The notes under the pieces are model-generated. The model ran no database searches. It saw only the letters and a program-made list of their open reading frames with translations, and was not told the origin of the DNA. A stretch of DNA of 64,000 nt from Histomonas meleagridis 2922-C6/04-290x (Eukaryota; Protista; Parabasalia), in the NCBI GenBank assembly GCA_020184695.1, contig JAANOX010000083.1:1-64000 (forward strand), written 5' to 3'. Below are positions 55,346 through 64,000 of this stretch, one piece after another. The translations under genes and the position numbers were made by a program. Within the stretch, counting starts at the first letter, position 1. Each line of letters begins with the position of its first letter.

Positions 55346-57652
55346 TTAAAACACATCATCGGCTCTAAAAGCATGTTGTTTTGTATTTGTTGGTCTATTT
55401 AAGTAGCCAGTACATTGCTTAGCATTACAGAAGCACCTTTCCCACTTTGATTCATCTTTTTCCGGTTCCATTTGATAATTAAAAGTAATTTCTTCATGCG
55501 CTTTTATATTTCTTATTGCGTAAAACGAAATTGTTTTTGTTTTACCATAAGTCACAATATTAGATCTACAATTAGGGTTACAACTATGATTTAAAAATCG
55601 CGCTAATCCACCACACATTGTTGCATCGATTATATATTCTTCAATCCGAAACAAATACATTTGCAAACCTGCCTTATCATATCTTTGCTCACGCATATCT
55701 GCTACTGCTGATCGTACAAGTTCGCCAGTATATTCACAAATCAAAGAATCAGTGTTAATTGGTTCAAGACTAAATAGGCCCCACCCCTGAATTGTAGACT
55801 TCTCAAAATATAAACGTTTCCCAATGATGCTCTGGACGTGAATTGGCCGTGGAACCGATGAAGTCAGACGACGACGTGATTGTGGTTTGACATTTGTTGG
55901 GAATTGGCTTTGCCGTATGTTTAACCCACTATCACGTGCAACAATGATTGGATGTAATCGAGAGATTGCATATGCTCGAAGATAGTTACGCTTTTCACCT
56001 TCATCAATTTTATGGATGGGTGTAAGCCTAGAAGAATTGTTTAGAATTTCAGGTTGTTTAAGTTTTTCAAAAGATGTGGCGATTTCTTCACGCATTTGGT
56101 TAACTACTTTGCGTTGATAACCAGCATTATCAGTTTTTATCATCTCTGTTTTTCTTTTTCGTGTTTCTGTTTTAACTTTATCTCGAAGAATAACAGCTGA
56201 TTGTAATTTTGGAGAAACATAAAAGCCAATTGCTAAATCAGGCGAATAAAAGTTTAAAAGTCGATTGGAATCTCCATAAGGTCTTCTACTTCGAATAATG
56301 TTCATTCTTTCTCTTCTTAAAGCGTAAACATATAGATCAGGGATTAAGCATTCTGTGCAATCATTAACGCATGCTTCTAAAAGTTTATCTTTGATAATCC
56401 GAAGTACATCAGACTTTAATTTGTCTTTGTTGATCTCCTCCTTAACGGTCAGCGGCGGCAAACCGCTTTTTCCGTTAAGAAAAGCGTCCATGAAGTCGTT
56501 AACGGACGCCAAGTTTCTGTGGTACGTTACGAGCACTTTTTCCTCTGGAATGATTTCATATTTGGAAATCGAGAATGACTGCAAGTATTTCTTTATCTTT
56601 TCTTCTGGCAATTCAATCCCATGAACAACAAGGCATTTCTCAGGCTTAAATATCACCTTTTCTTCTTGTTCACGTTTTTGTGTTTTTTGACGAATTTGTT
56701 CTTCACTTAATATCTCAATTGTATATGCTTCAAACTTTGGGTTAAAAGTTCTGAAGATTTTAAACATTTTATAGGCATGTATTGTCATTGTATATGTAGA
56801 CATTTCAGCAAAAACTTCGTTATATGAAAGTTTTGCAAACCTTTCGACCTTGCCTGAAAGACGAAGTCGGCTTTTAACAATATGATCGAGCATATAACTT
56901 TGCGATTTAATGAATATTATGCGGTCGCCTTCATTCTTTTCGTGTGCTAAGAGTGGGTTGATTTTAGGTGGTTCAAATGGAATTGGTGAAATCAGTTCAT
57001 CCGAAAGATCAAGTAAAATTGGCTTGGATGCTTCATCAATTGGACCGGTGAAATTTTCTGGTGGATATCTGTCATCAAATTCTCGATAACCATAAGGAGG
57101 TGGTCGACCATAATAATCATCTCTATGATCTTTGTGATACATATCATAATCATTTCTGTAGTCATCATGTCCTCGTCGAAAATCTTCATAACTATTTCGT
57201 GAAGGCAATCTGCGAGGTGGCGGATAATCGTAATCTTCGTAGTCATAGTGGTGAGGGTCAAATGGTTCTCTCGAATGATAACTTCTTCTATCCATATTTC
57301 TTGGAGGTAGATATGGATCCACACGATCAAAACGGTGTCCTCGAGGAGGATAATCTCTATCATTTCGACCGTGATAATCTTTTGAATCTAAATAATGATA
57401 ATCCATATCATGTCTTTTCCTAAAATCATGAATTCGGTCTCGATCGTCTCTGGGGTCCCACTCCCTGTAATCCCTATCGCTATTTGGTAAATATCTATTA
57501 TTATCTCTTTTTTCAATATCTTGTGAAATATCATCAAATTCATCATTCGCAGTATATTTTGGTGGGCTCGGTGGGTCAAATGGACTTTTCTTTTTGGCCT
57601 TTGGTTTGCTTTTTCTTTGCTGAAAATTCCTCGGACGATTTGTATAACTCAT
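55346..57652 (-). CDS. SET1-like histone H3K4 methyltransferase
   Basis: LYFEKSTIQGWGLF, CEYTGELVR, IDATMCGGLARFLNHSCNPNC, EEITFNY and post-SET CFCNAKQCTGYLN; likely start ATG 57652. Confidence 0.88.
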   Translation of the reverse strand: MSYTNRPRNFQQRKSKPKAKKKSPFDPPSPPKYTANDEFDDISQDIEKRDNNRYLPNSDRDYREWDPRDDRDRIHDFRKRHDMDYHYLDSKDYHGRNDRDYPPRGHRFDRVDPYLPPRNMDRRSYHSREPFDPHHYDYEDYDYPPPRRLPSRNSYEDFRRGHDDYRNDYDMYHKDHRDDYYGRPPPYGYREFDDRYPPENFTGPIDEASKPILLDLSDELISPIPFEPPKINPLLAHEKNEGDRIIFIKSQSYMLDHIVKSRLRLSGKVERFAKLSYNEVFAEMSTYTMTIHAYKMFKIFRTFNPKFEAYTIEILSEEQIRQKTQKREQEEKVIFKPEKCLVVHGIELPEEKIKKYLQSFSISKYEIIPEEKVLVTYHRNLASVNDFMDAFLNGKSGLPPLTVKEEINKDKLKSDVLRIIKDKLLEACVNDCTECLIPDLYVYALRRERMNIIRSRRPYGDSNRLLNFYSPDLAIGFYVSPKLQSAVILRDKVKTETRKRKTEMIKTDNAGYQRKVVNQMREEIATSFEKLKQPEILNNSSRLTPIHKIDEGEKRNYLRAYAISRLHPIIVARDSGLNIRQSQFPTNVKPQSRRRLTSSVPRPIHVQSIIGKRLYFEKSTIQGWGLFSLEPINTDSLICEYTGELVRSAVADMREQRYDKAGLQMYLFRIEEYIIDATMCGGLARFLNHSCNPNCRSNIVTYGKTKTISFYAIRNIKAHEEITFNYQMEPEKDESKWERCFCNAKQCTGYLNRPTNTKQHAFRADDVF

Positions 57653-57695
57653 TTTGTTCCCACAAAAGTGACAGGTTGGTAAAACATAAATTAGA
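57653..57695. promoter_or_regulatory. 43-bp bidirectional promoter region between the SET1-like and Bub3-like genes
   Basis: Head-to-head ATGs at 57652 (-) and 57696 (+). Confidence 0.55.
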
Positions 57696-58658
57696 ATGAA
57701 TTTCAAAGAAATCCAAGTTGCAGAAGACGAAGGGATATCTACAGTCCACTTTTGCAACAACATTTTACAAAGTACAACATGGGCTGGAAAGATTCATTAT
57801 TATAATACTGATACTTGCGAATCTGTCTATGAAATGGATTTTAAATCACCACTTTTATGCGGAGCTTGGGTAAGACAAGATCTTTCAGTTGCAGGATCAA
57901 CTGATGGTACAATCTTTTTTTCAAATAATTCCAGTCTCAAAGCACACGAATCAGGAATATCATCTCTATCTTACTGGGATGAAAAAGGAATTTTGGTCTC
58001 ATCATCATGGGATCAAACAGTAAAAATGTGGGATTTAAATCAACCAGATCAAGTCGTCAATTTTAATTTTAAAGAAAAGATTATGTTTTCTGGAATATCT
58101 AAAGAAGGTAATATTGTTGCTTATGGTCACAGAAATACAGTATTTATAATTGATCCTAATAATCCTGATCAAATTGAAAAACGTATTTCTTCAATTGGAA
58201 AACAAATTCGTGCATTTGAAATGTGTCAGAGCGAACCTAAATGGGCTATTGGCTCTATTGATGGACGAATTGCCATTGAATATTTTGGTGATTTAAAGCA
58301 TCAAGCTCAAAGGTTTTCATTCAGTTGCCATCGCCATGATGACGAAGAAGAAAAGTTTATTCTTTATCCAGTGAATTCTCTTTCATTTCATCCTGTTACT
58401 GGCATATTAACAAGTGGGGATTCCAAAGGAAGTATCTGTTTTTGGGATCTTGAAAACAAGCGCAAGTTAACAGAACTTCATACGCCATATCAGAATTCCA
58501 TTTCATCACTCTGTTATAATAATAATGGCACTATCCTCGCAATAGCTTATTCCTATATGTGGGATAAAGGAAACGTGGGGCACCCCAACGATACGCTTTT
58601 GCTTTGCGCTCCAACCGCTCAATGCGTAACTCCTTTAGCAAGGAAACATGAAGAGTAA
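57696..58658 (+). CDS. BUB3: Bub3/Rae1-family WD40 protein (Bub3-like)
   Basis: GSIDGRIAIEYF, FSFSCHR, YPVNSLSFHP and ICFWDLENKRKL. Confidence 0.8.
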   Translation: MNFKEIQVAEDEGISTVHFCNNILQSTTWAGKIHYYNTDTCESVYEMDFKSPLLCGAWVRQDLSVAGSTDGTIFFSNNSSLKAHESGISSLSYWDEKGILVSSSWDQTVKMWDLNQPDQVVNFNFKEKIMFSGISKEGNIVAYGHRNTVFIIDPNNPDQIEKRISSIGKQIRAFEMCQSEPKWAIGSIDGRIAIEYFGDLKHQAQRFSFSCHRHDDEEEKFILYPVNSLSFHPVTGILTSGDSKGSICFWDLENKRKLTELHTPYQNSISSLCYNNNGTILAIAYSYMWDKGNVGHPNDTLLLCAPTAQCVTPLARKHEE

Positions 58659-58682
58659 AATGTACAAATGTGATAATTGCGT

Positions 58683-59126
58683 TTACTCAGTTGCTGGCTT
58701 TTCTTCAGTGGCTGGTTTTTCTTCAGCTGGCTTCTCTTCTTCAGCTTTTGAGAAATCAACATCTTCTGGGACATCGCCAAGGTCGTTGTTGTTTTCTTCA
58801 TTTGGTCTCCTGATGTTAGAAAGATCCATGCCAGAAATAAGATCGGTTAAAACTTCAACAATTGGCTTCTTTTCAACTTTGCCCATGATTGCATATGTGT
58901 TCGCATGCATGTTAAAGGCAAGTTCTGGCTTTTGGAAGGAAAGAGCTTCTTCACTGCCTTGGAGAATGATTGATGCAGAATCTAATTCGCCAAATTCACG
59001 GCAGCCAAGACGTTGAGCTGCTAACCAAACTTTAAGGCCATTTTGGTTGCCGTTCTTTTGTGTCTTCTTTGTCTTGCGACGCCATGAACCACGGCCGCCT
59101 GTTTTCATACCAACTCCTGGTGACAT
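58683..59126 (-). CDS. BTF3: Nascent polypeptide-associated complex beta (BTF3/EGD1)
   Basis: KTGGRGSWRRK and the NAC domain (FQKPEL...NTYAIMG); tail DVPEDVDF. Confidence 0.85.
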   Translation of the reverse strand: MSPGVGMKTGGRGSWRRKTKKTQKNGNQNGLKVWLAAQRLGCREFGELDSASIILQGSEEALSFQKPELAFNMHANTYAIMGKVEKKPIVEVLTDLISGMDLSNIRRPNEENNNDLGDVPEDVDFSKAEEEKPAEEKPATEEKPATE

Positions 59127-59394
59127 TGTAAGAAAGGAAAGACCAAAACCGTTTTGTTCGAGCCAAAAAGACCAAAACCGTCAGTTCCAACTTTTTCTCC
59201 AAAAAACGATTCCATCGGTTTCCCATAAATTCAATATATGTTTTAACGACCGTCTATGATACCAATTACAATAATGTTGAAGCCTCTGAAAGAAGAATTT
59301 TTAGTTTTTTGTTTTAGTAAATGTGCGTATTTTTTTGTGGCTATAACGATTTTCTAATTCAAATTGAATGTAATTGCTATTTAGTAATTCCAAA

Positions 59395-59952
59395 TTACAT
59401 TGCTTGTGCAACGTGCTCTGGGCCAACCGTTTCTTGTTCTCCTTGGTCAAGTCCTGGAATGACAATATCACCTGTTGTTTGTTCAACAACAATTTCATTC
59501 TCAAGTTCATCAAGAAGGTTCATTCCATCAGCTTCAACAGCATCTTCTGGTTTAAGGAGTTGAGAAACTTCTTGTGTCTTTCCACGAAGTTGATCATATT
59601 TCATAGATATTTTGGCGATTTGTTCTAAGTTCATATTCTTAAGTGACTTCTCCATTTCTTTGCAAGCTGCGTTTAGAGACTTGGCCATCTTAGCTTGAAC
59701 TTCAGCCATCTTTAAGTCAGCAATCATTTGTGAAACACGAGCTGCGTTTTCACGAAGGAAAAGGGAATGTTGAGCAGATCTTGCACTATTTGTTGCATGA
59801 TATTGTGCAAAATTACGTTCACCTTTTGCCAAATGTCTCTTAGCAATTCTTCTTTCTTTCATAGCATTCTTATCTTCCTTATCAGCTTGCTTAGAAAGCA
59901 TCTTTTCTTGGAATCTTAGCTGGAATATAAGTTCTTGATTCTTAGTTGACAT
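59395..59952 (-). CDS. CHMP1: ESCRT-III CHMP1/Did2 (Snf7 family)
   Basis: IFQLRFQEKMLSKQADK..., AQYHATNSAR and MNLEQIAKISMKYD; likely start ATG 59952. Confidence 0.8.
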   Translation of the reverse strand: MSTKNQELIFQLRFQEKMLSKQADKEDKNAMKERRIAKRHLAKGERNFAQYHATNSARSAQHSLFLRENAARVSQMIADLKMAEVQAKMAKSLNAACKEMEKSLKNMNLEQIAKISMKYDQLRGKTQEVSQLLKPEDAVEADGMNLLDELENEIVVEQTTGDIVIPGLDQGEQETVGPEHVAQAM

Positions 59953-60050
59953 TCCAAAAAATAACTGTCGGTTTTCGACGTTAAAAAGACACCCTAAAGT
60001 GGGGCACCCTAATACGAGGCACCCCAATTAAAATTGTTAAATTTGGTTTT

Positions 60051-61148
60051 TTACTTCGATTTTTCCTTAATCCATTGTGTTATCTTTCTCAATGGAACAT
60101 CACTCATGTGTTTTTCGAATATAGAGTATTCTTCTGGGCTTGGCATATGGTTACATTGCATTAAGAAATTATCGCACGTATCATAATATATTGATTCGCA
60201 GTGATGCTTATCGGCCCATTTCTTCCATTTCTTAAATTGGTCTGGTTCAACGAATTGATCAAATCCTGAACCAATTATAAGTAATGGTATATCTGTAGGA
60301 ATTCTATCATCAGTCAAAGATTTCAGTCCTAACTCTTCAGGAGCATCCCAAGCAGGGTTAACCAATATTGCTCCTGATATTACTCCAGGGAATTTACGAA
60401 CTATGTCACCTATGAATAATGCTGAATATGAATGAAAGATGAAGAAAATATTACTTATATCATCACGCATTGTTGCTTGTTCCATAAGTTTTGATGCAAA
60501 TGGAATCATTGGAACTGGGCATTGCTTCATTTCTGGTGAATATTCTCCACGAATAAGTCCAACTTTAGCGCATGGAAGCATCTCGAGATCTCTACCTGGA
60601 AATGTATATCCCATTCGGATGTCAATGTCTTTATCTATCATTGTATGGACAAAAAGAGCGCATGGGAAACTTGATGTATTAATAGGTTTTGAAAGAAGTA
60701 CTTTTGGAGAATCAAAAAGAGTTACACGCTCAATAAGCTGTTCCTTGATATAACTTGGAGTGTGATATATACAACTTCGGCAAAATTGGAAATCACCAAT
60801 ATTCTTTTTGTCATTGAATGAAATAGTTACACAAAACTCAATGTCATCAACAAACATTTCAACGCGGAGAATCCAAAATCCTGGTGCTCCTTCACGTTCT
60901 TCAGGTTCTGATGCACGGCCAACACGAGTAAACTTTCCATTTATCTTTTGTAATTGAGCAATGAGGCGGCCAAAGCTTACAAAGTTCATGCATTTCTTAG
61001 AATTTTCGGACCATTTATCATAAAATTCTTGGATATTGCCTTTGACAAGTCCTTCGTCTAAACATTGAATAGCATATTCTTTTATCCATGGATATGGACA
61101 TTTTGGAGCCGATGGATCTGGTGGAGGATGGCCTTCTACAGCTCTCAT
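60051..61148 (-). CDS. Alpha/beta hydrolase with a DUF3887-like N-terminal domain
   Basis: Nucleophile-elbow-like FIFHSYSA, PLLIIGSGFDQFV and a C-terminal NHM; start uncertain (61148 or 61208). Confidence 0.6.
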   Translation of the reverse strand: MRAVEGHPPPDPSAPKCPYPWIKEYAIQCLDEGLVKGNIQEFYDKWSENSKKCMNFVSFGRLIAQLQKINGKFTRVGRASEPEEREGAPGFWILRVEMFVDDIEFCVTISFNDKKNIGDFQFCRSCIYHTPSYIKEQLIERVTLFDSPKVLLSKPINTSSFPCALFVHTMIDKDIDIRMGYTFPGRDLEMLPCAKVGLIRGEYSPEMKQCPVPMIPFASKLMEQATMRDDISNIFFIFHSYSALFIGDIVRKFPGVISGAILVNPAWDAPEELGLKSLTDDRIPTDIPLLIIGSGFDQFVEPDQFKKWKKWADKHHCESIYYDTCDNFLMQCNHMPSPEEYSIFEKHMSDVPLRKITQWIKEKSK

Positions 61149-61667
61149 AGCTACGAAGTGCTGGAGTAAAAAGTGACCGAAGACAAACGATATATTAGCA
61201 GTTTTCATAATGTATTCAATTTCCGTTTTAAAAACTTTACACAATTTATGTTTGTTCCTTTTTGTTCATGGATGAAATTAAATGACTTTTTTCTTCTTAG
61301 GTATTAAATGATTTTAAAAATTACTTAAAATGAATGATATTTTTCATTTAATATTATGGTTTAAATTTTTTCAAAATTATTATCACAATTGTGTTATCAT
61401 TAATTCTATGCATAAATGAAGTCCAAAAGGATGCTAGCGATTACTTAATCCGAATAGTAAGAAAAAAATATCAGATAAATATGGATTTTGAAGATTCGCC
61501 ATAAAAAATTGAATGATTAACAAGCGTAATCGTTTTTTAGAGCCAGAATTCAAAGGTCTTCTTTCAAAAAATCAATAGTGAATGATATCGTTTTTGCACA
61601 ATATCCTATTCAAAATTGAAGGCACCCGAATCGTTCTTGTAATAGCTCTTCCATATAACCACATTCG

Positions 61668-62219
61668 ATGTCGAAACCAAATGTTTATGTCTTACCAATT
61701 ATACCAAAAGCACCGCCTAGAAATTCTAGATCCCTTGGGCTTCGTCATAAATTTACAAAAGAAGAAGATAAAAAACTCAAAGAACTTGTTCAAGAATTGG
61801 GTACAAAAAATTGGAAAGAGGTTGCCCAAAGAATGGTTAATAGATCATCTAGACAATGCAGAGAAAGATATAAAAACTATTTATCAGATAACGCTAAAAA
61901 TGGCCCATGGACACCAGAAGAAGAAGCTTTGCTTGAAGACAAATACAATAAATATGGGCCAAGGTGGGCAATGATAGCTGGCTTTTTTGACTCAAGATCA
62001 GATGCAAACGTGAAAAATCATTGGACAAATATAGTGACAAGAAGAAAAAGGGAAAAACTTAAATTTGCTGTCGAAGCAAATGAAGGAGAACCAAGTGTAA
62101 TCGAAAAGGATGAAATTTTCAAATTTGATGCAAATAATATAACGGATTTTAATTTTGGCTTCAAAAGCGAATTGCCAGATTACTATTCATTTCAAGGTGA
62201 TGATTTCTTTGATTTTTAA
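61668..62219 (+). CDS. R2R3 Myb transcription factor
   Basis: KFTKEEDKKL...WKEVA...RQCRERY and GPWTPEEE...WAMIA...NVKNHW. Confidence 0.95.
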   Translation: MSKPNVYVLPIIPKAPPRNSRSLGLRHKFTKEEDKKLKELVQELGTKNWKEVAQRMVNRSSRQCRERYKNYLSDNAKNGPWTPEEEALLEDKYNKYGPRWAMIAGFFDSRSDANVKNHWTNIVTRRKREKLKFAVEANEGEPSVIEKDEIFKFDANNITDFNFGFKSELPDYYSFQGDDFFDF

Positions 62220-62436
62220 TTGGTAATAGAATTTTTTGTTATTATGATTGTAAGTTGTTCCAAAAATATAACTAAATATTTAGAGAGACAACATTCTTTT
62301 TGTGTATTAATGGAAGTATAAATAATATGAGTATTTTTTTTATAAAGAATTCTTATAATTTTGTCTTGCAGGTTAAGAAAACATTCAGAATAATTATGAT
62401 TGTCATATTTTTTCAATAAAATTATTTCTGCTCAAA

Positions 62437-63468
62437 ATGGAGCAATGGTCAATTTCTTGTAAAAACTCAGCAGGAATAACGCATAAAGTAACGCCAACAG
62501 GTATTTGGATCACTTACATGAATGGGAATAAATATTTTTTTCCATTTTATGAAACCTTAACTATTGCTCCATCAAATGTTGGAAGTTCTCTTTCTGGTTA
62601 TTTTCTTTATTTAATCATTAATGAACAGCTTCACATTATCACACTTACTTCGAAAACATTATATGATGATATATTATGCCCAGATCTTCAATTTATTCAA
62701 GCATATTTTTTCTATGAAGAAAAGTTTTTGATTGCATTATCCACTTCATTCTCATTCGTAATTGTTTCAGTTTTCGGGAAGAAGAAAAAATTAACTTATT
62801 CTTTTTTAAATTATCTTGAAGAAAATGAGTTAGATCAGATAGAATCATTTGAAATCAATGAATCCACTAGAACTATCCGACTTATTTTGTCTACACGCAG
62901 TTTATATTTTAACATTCCAATTGAAAATGAAACCTTTCAACAAATTGATGATTCCCAAAGTTCACTTTTTTTCTACCAAGAAACAAACGAAATCGAAACA
63001 AATCAATACAGTGACCTTAGTGAAAGCGAAAGTGACACAGATTATAGTGTTCATAGTGAACTTGATGAAATTAATGAAATCAACGAAGTCAAAGAAAAGC
63101 TCATTGACAGCCTCAGCAGAGCTGCCTCTTTTGTTACCGAGCGTAATCGGCGTCTTTTAATTCGGAAACAAGCGCTTAAATCCAATGTTTCTGATTACAA
63201 GATGCGATTATCGGAAACCAAAAAACGCTCTGAAGCCATCAAAATGCGCTTCTGTACTCTCTATCAGCGAATAAGTAACTTGATTCAGCTCGTTGACACT
63301 GCGGAGAAAACAGGTGAATACATGCACAAGTTGGATGACGAGAAAAGAAAAGAAAGTAAAATCGAAATAGGAAATGGATATGTTGCGCCGAATGTTCTCT
63401 ATCATATGTCTTCGCGTTCCCATACCATATCCAAAGCTATTGACGAATTAATTGATGAATTATGTTAG
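62437..63468 (+). CDS. Hypothetical protein (beta-rich N-terminus, C-terminal coiled coil)
   Basis: Intact 343-aa ATG ORF. Confidence 0.75.
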   Translation: MEQWSISCKNSAGITHKVTPTGIWITYMNGNKYFFPFYETLTIAPSNVGSSLSGYFLYLIINEQLHIITLTSKTLYDDILCPDLQFIQAYFFYEEKFLIALSTSFSFVIVSVFGKKKKLTYSFLNYLEENELDQIESFEINESTRTIRLILSTRSLYFNIPIENETFQQIDDSQSSLFFYQETNEIETNQYSDLSESESDTDYSVHSELDEINEINEVKEKLIDSLSRAASFVTERNRRLLIRKQALKSNVSDYKMRLSETKKRSEAIKMRFCTLYQRISNLIQLVDTAEKTGEYMHKLDDEKRKESKIEIGNGYVAPNVLYHMSSRSHTISKAIDELIDELC

Positions 63469-63690
63469 TAAATATATGTATACATATATTTTAATGCATT
63501 AAAATTGTTTATAAATAATATCATTGATATATATATTAATATGAATTTAGTGAATATAAAACAAAATAAATTTTAATATCATCAAAAATACATAATACGA
63601 AATATTGTCGATTTAAATGTGGAGTGATTAATAATAAATATGAAAGTATATTACGGTGCAAAAAATATAAATCGAAATTACAATAACGTT

Positions 63691-64000
63691 TTACTCATCA
63701 TCATCTTCTTCTTCTGAAATGAAAACAATGTCTACACCTTGAATTTCACCCTTTTCAGTTGAAACATAACAGTTATATCCGCCATCTCCCATTCCAGATG
63801 ATGAAACGCATCCTCCTAGGAGTACACCAGCTCCGTAAGGCGTGTTCAAAGTGAGATCACAACACACTGAATACCATGGCCGATCAGGGCATAATGGCTC
63901 TTCAATCTTGGCAGCAATTTCATTTTTTTCATAGTATTGGATGTCAAATATGCCTGCTTGCCCACTTTCAACGTCAAGACCATGTTTTAGAGTCCATTTC
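63691..64000 (-). CDS. DUF4241-like protein, 3' part (extends beyond the window)
   Basis: Manual translation: LDVESGQAGIFD...GCVSSSGMGDGGYNCYVSTEKGEIQGVDIVFISEEEDDE*. Confidence 0.6.
   Translation of the reverse strand, partial: KWTLKHGLDVESGQAGIFDIQYYEKNEIAAKIEEPLCPDRPWYSVCCDLTLNTPYGAGVLLGGCVSSSGMGDGGYNCYVSTEKGEIQGVDIVFISEEEDDDE

Noticed and set aside
25230-63423. Numerous short ORFs antisense to or overlapping real genes, e.g. 25230-25598, 33414-34622, 40510-41559, 48810-49930, 56355-57699
   Set aside because: Shadow ORFs of biased coding sequence with no recognisable motifs.

Overview
AT-rich eukaryotic genomic DNA, most likely from a parabasalid (trichomonad, Tritrichomonas-like). This is inferred from the BspA-type LRR surface proteins, DUF3447/ankyrin genes, legumain, and near-intronless compact housekeeping genes. 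About 1-16 kb is a decayed Maverick/Polinton-like endogenous virus (putative major and minor capsid, rve integrase, fibre-like gene) interleaved with fragments of Merlin/ISXO2-, hAT-, PIF/Harbinger-, MULE- and IS481-like DNA transposons. The rest is host sequence: ART-like membrane protein, broken BBS9, three BspA genes, HEAT protein, MRD1, a CH/coiled-coil/Sel1 protein, two Rabs, legumain, Vps8-like, actin, RapGAP, SET1-like, Bub3-like, NAC-beta, CHMP1, an alpha/beta hydrolase, Myb and a DUF4241-like gene. Main discovery: the ankyrin genes at 27.5-29.7 kb and 37.5-38.8 kb look like pseudogenes, but the beta-hairpin D-x-x-G-x-T of each repeat is split into single codons separated by 17-nt AT-rich spacers (20-nt period, consensus RWTT-N9-ATTT, no GT-AG). 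Removing them restores stop-free canonical ankyrin repeats such as KD-D-E-G-R-TAL, QN-E-N-G-E-TAL and QD-R-Y-G-R-NAL. This suggests an unrecognised non-canonical micro-intron or skipping system acting on the binding-specificity residues. All family calls come from motif recognition by eye; no searches were run. Several homopolymer frameshifts suggest some assembly error.
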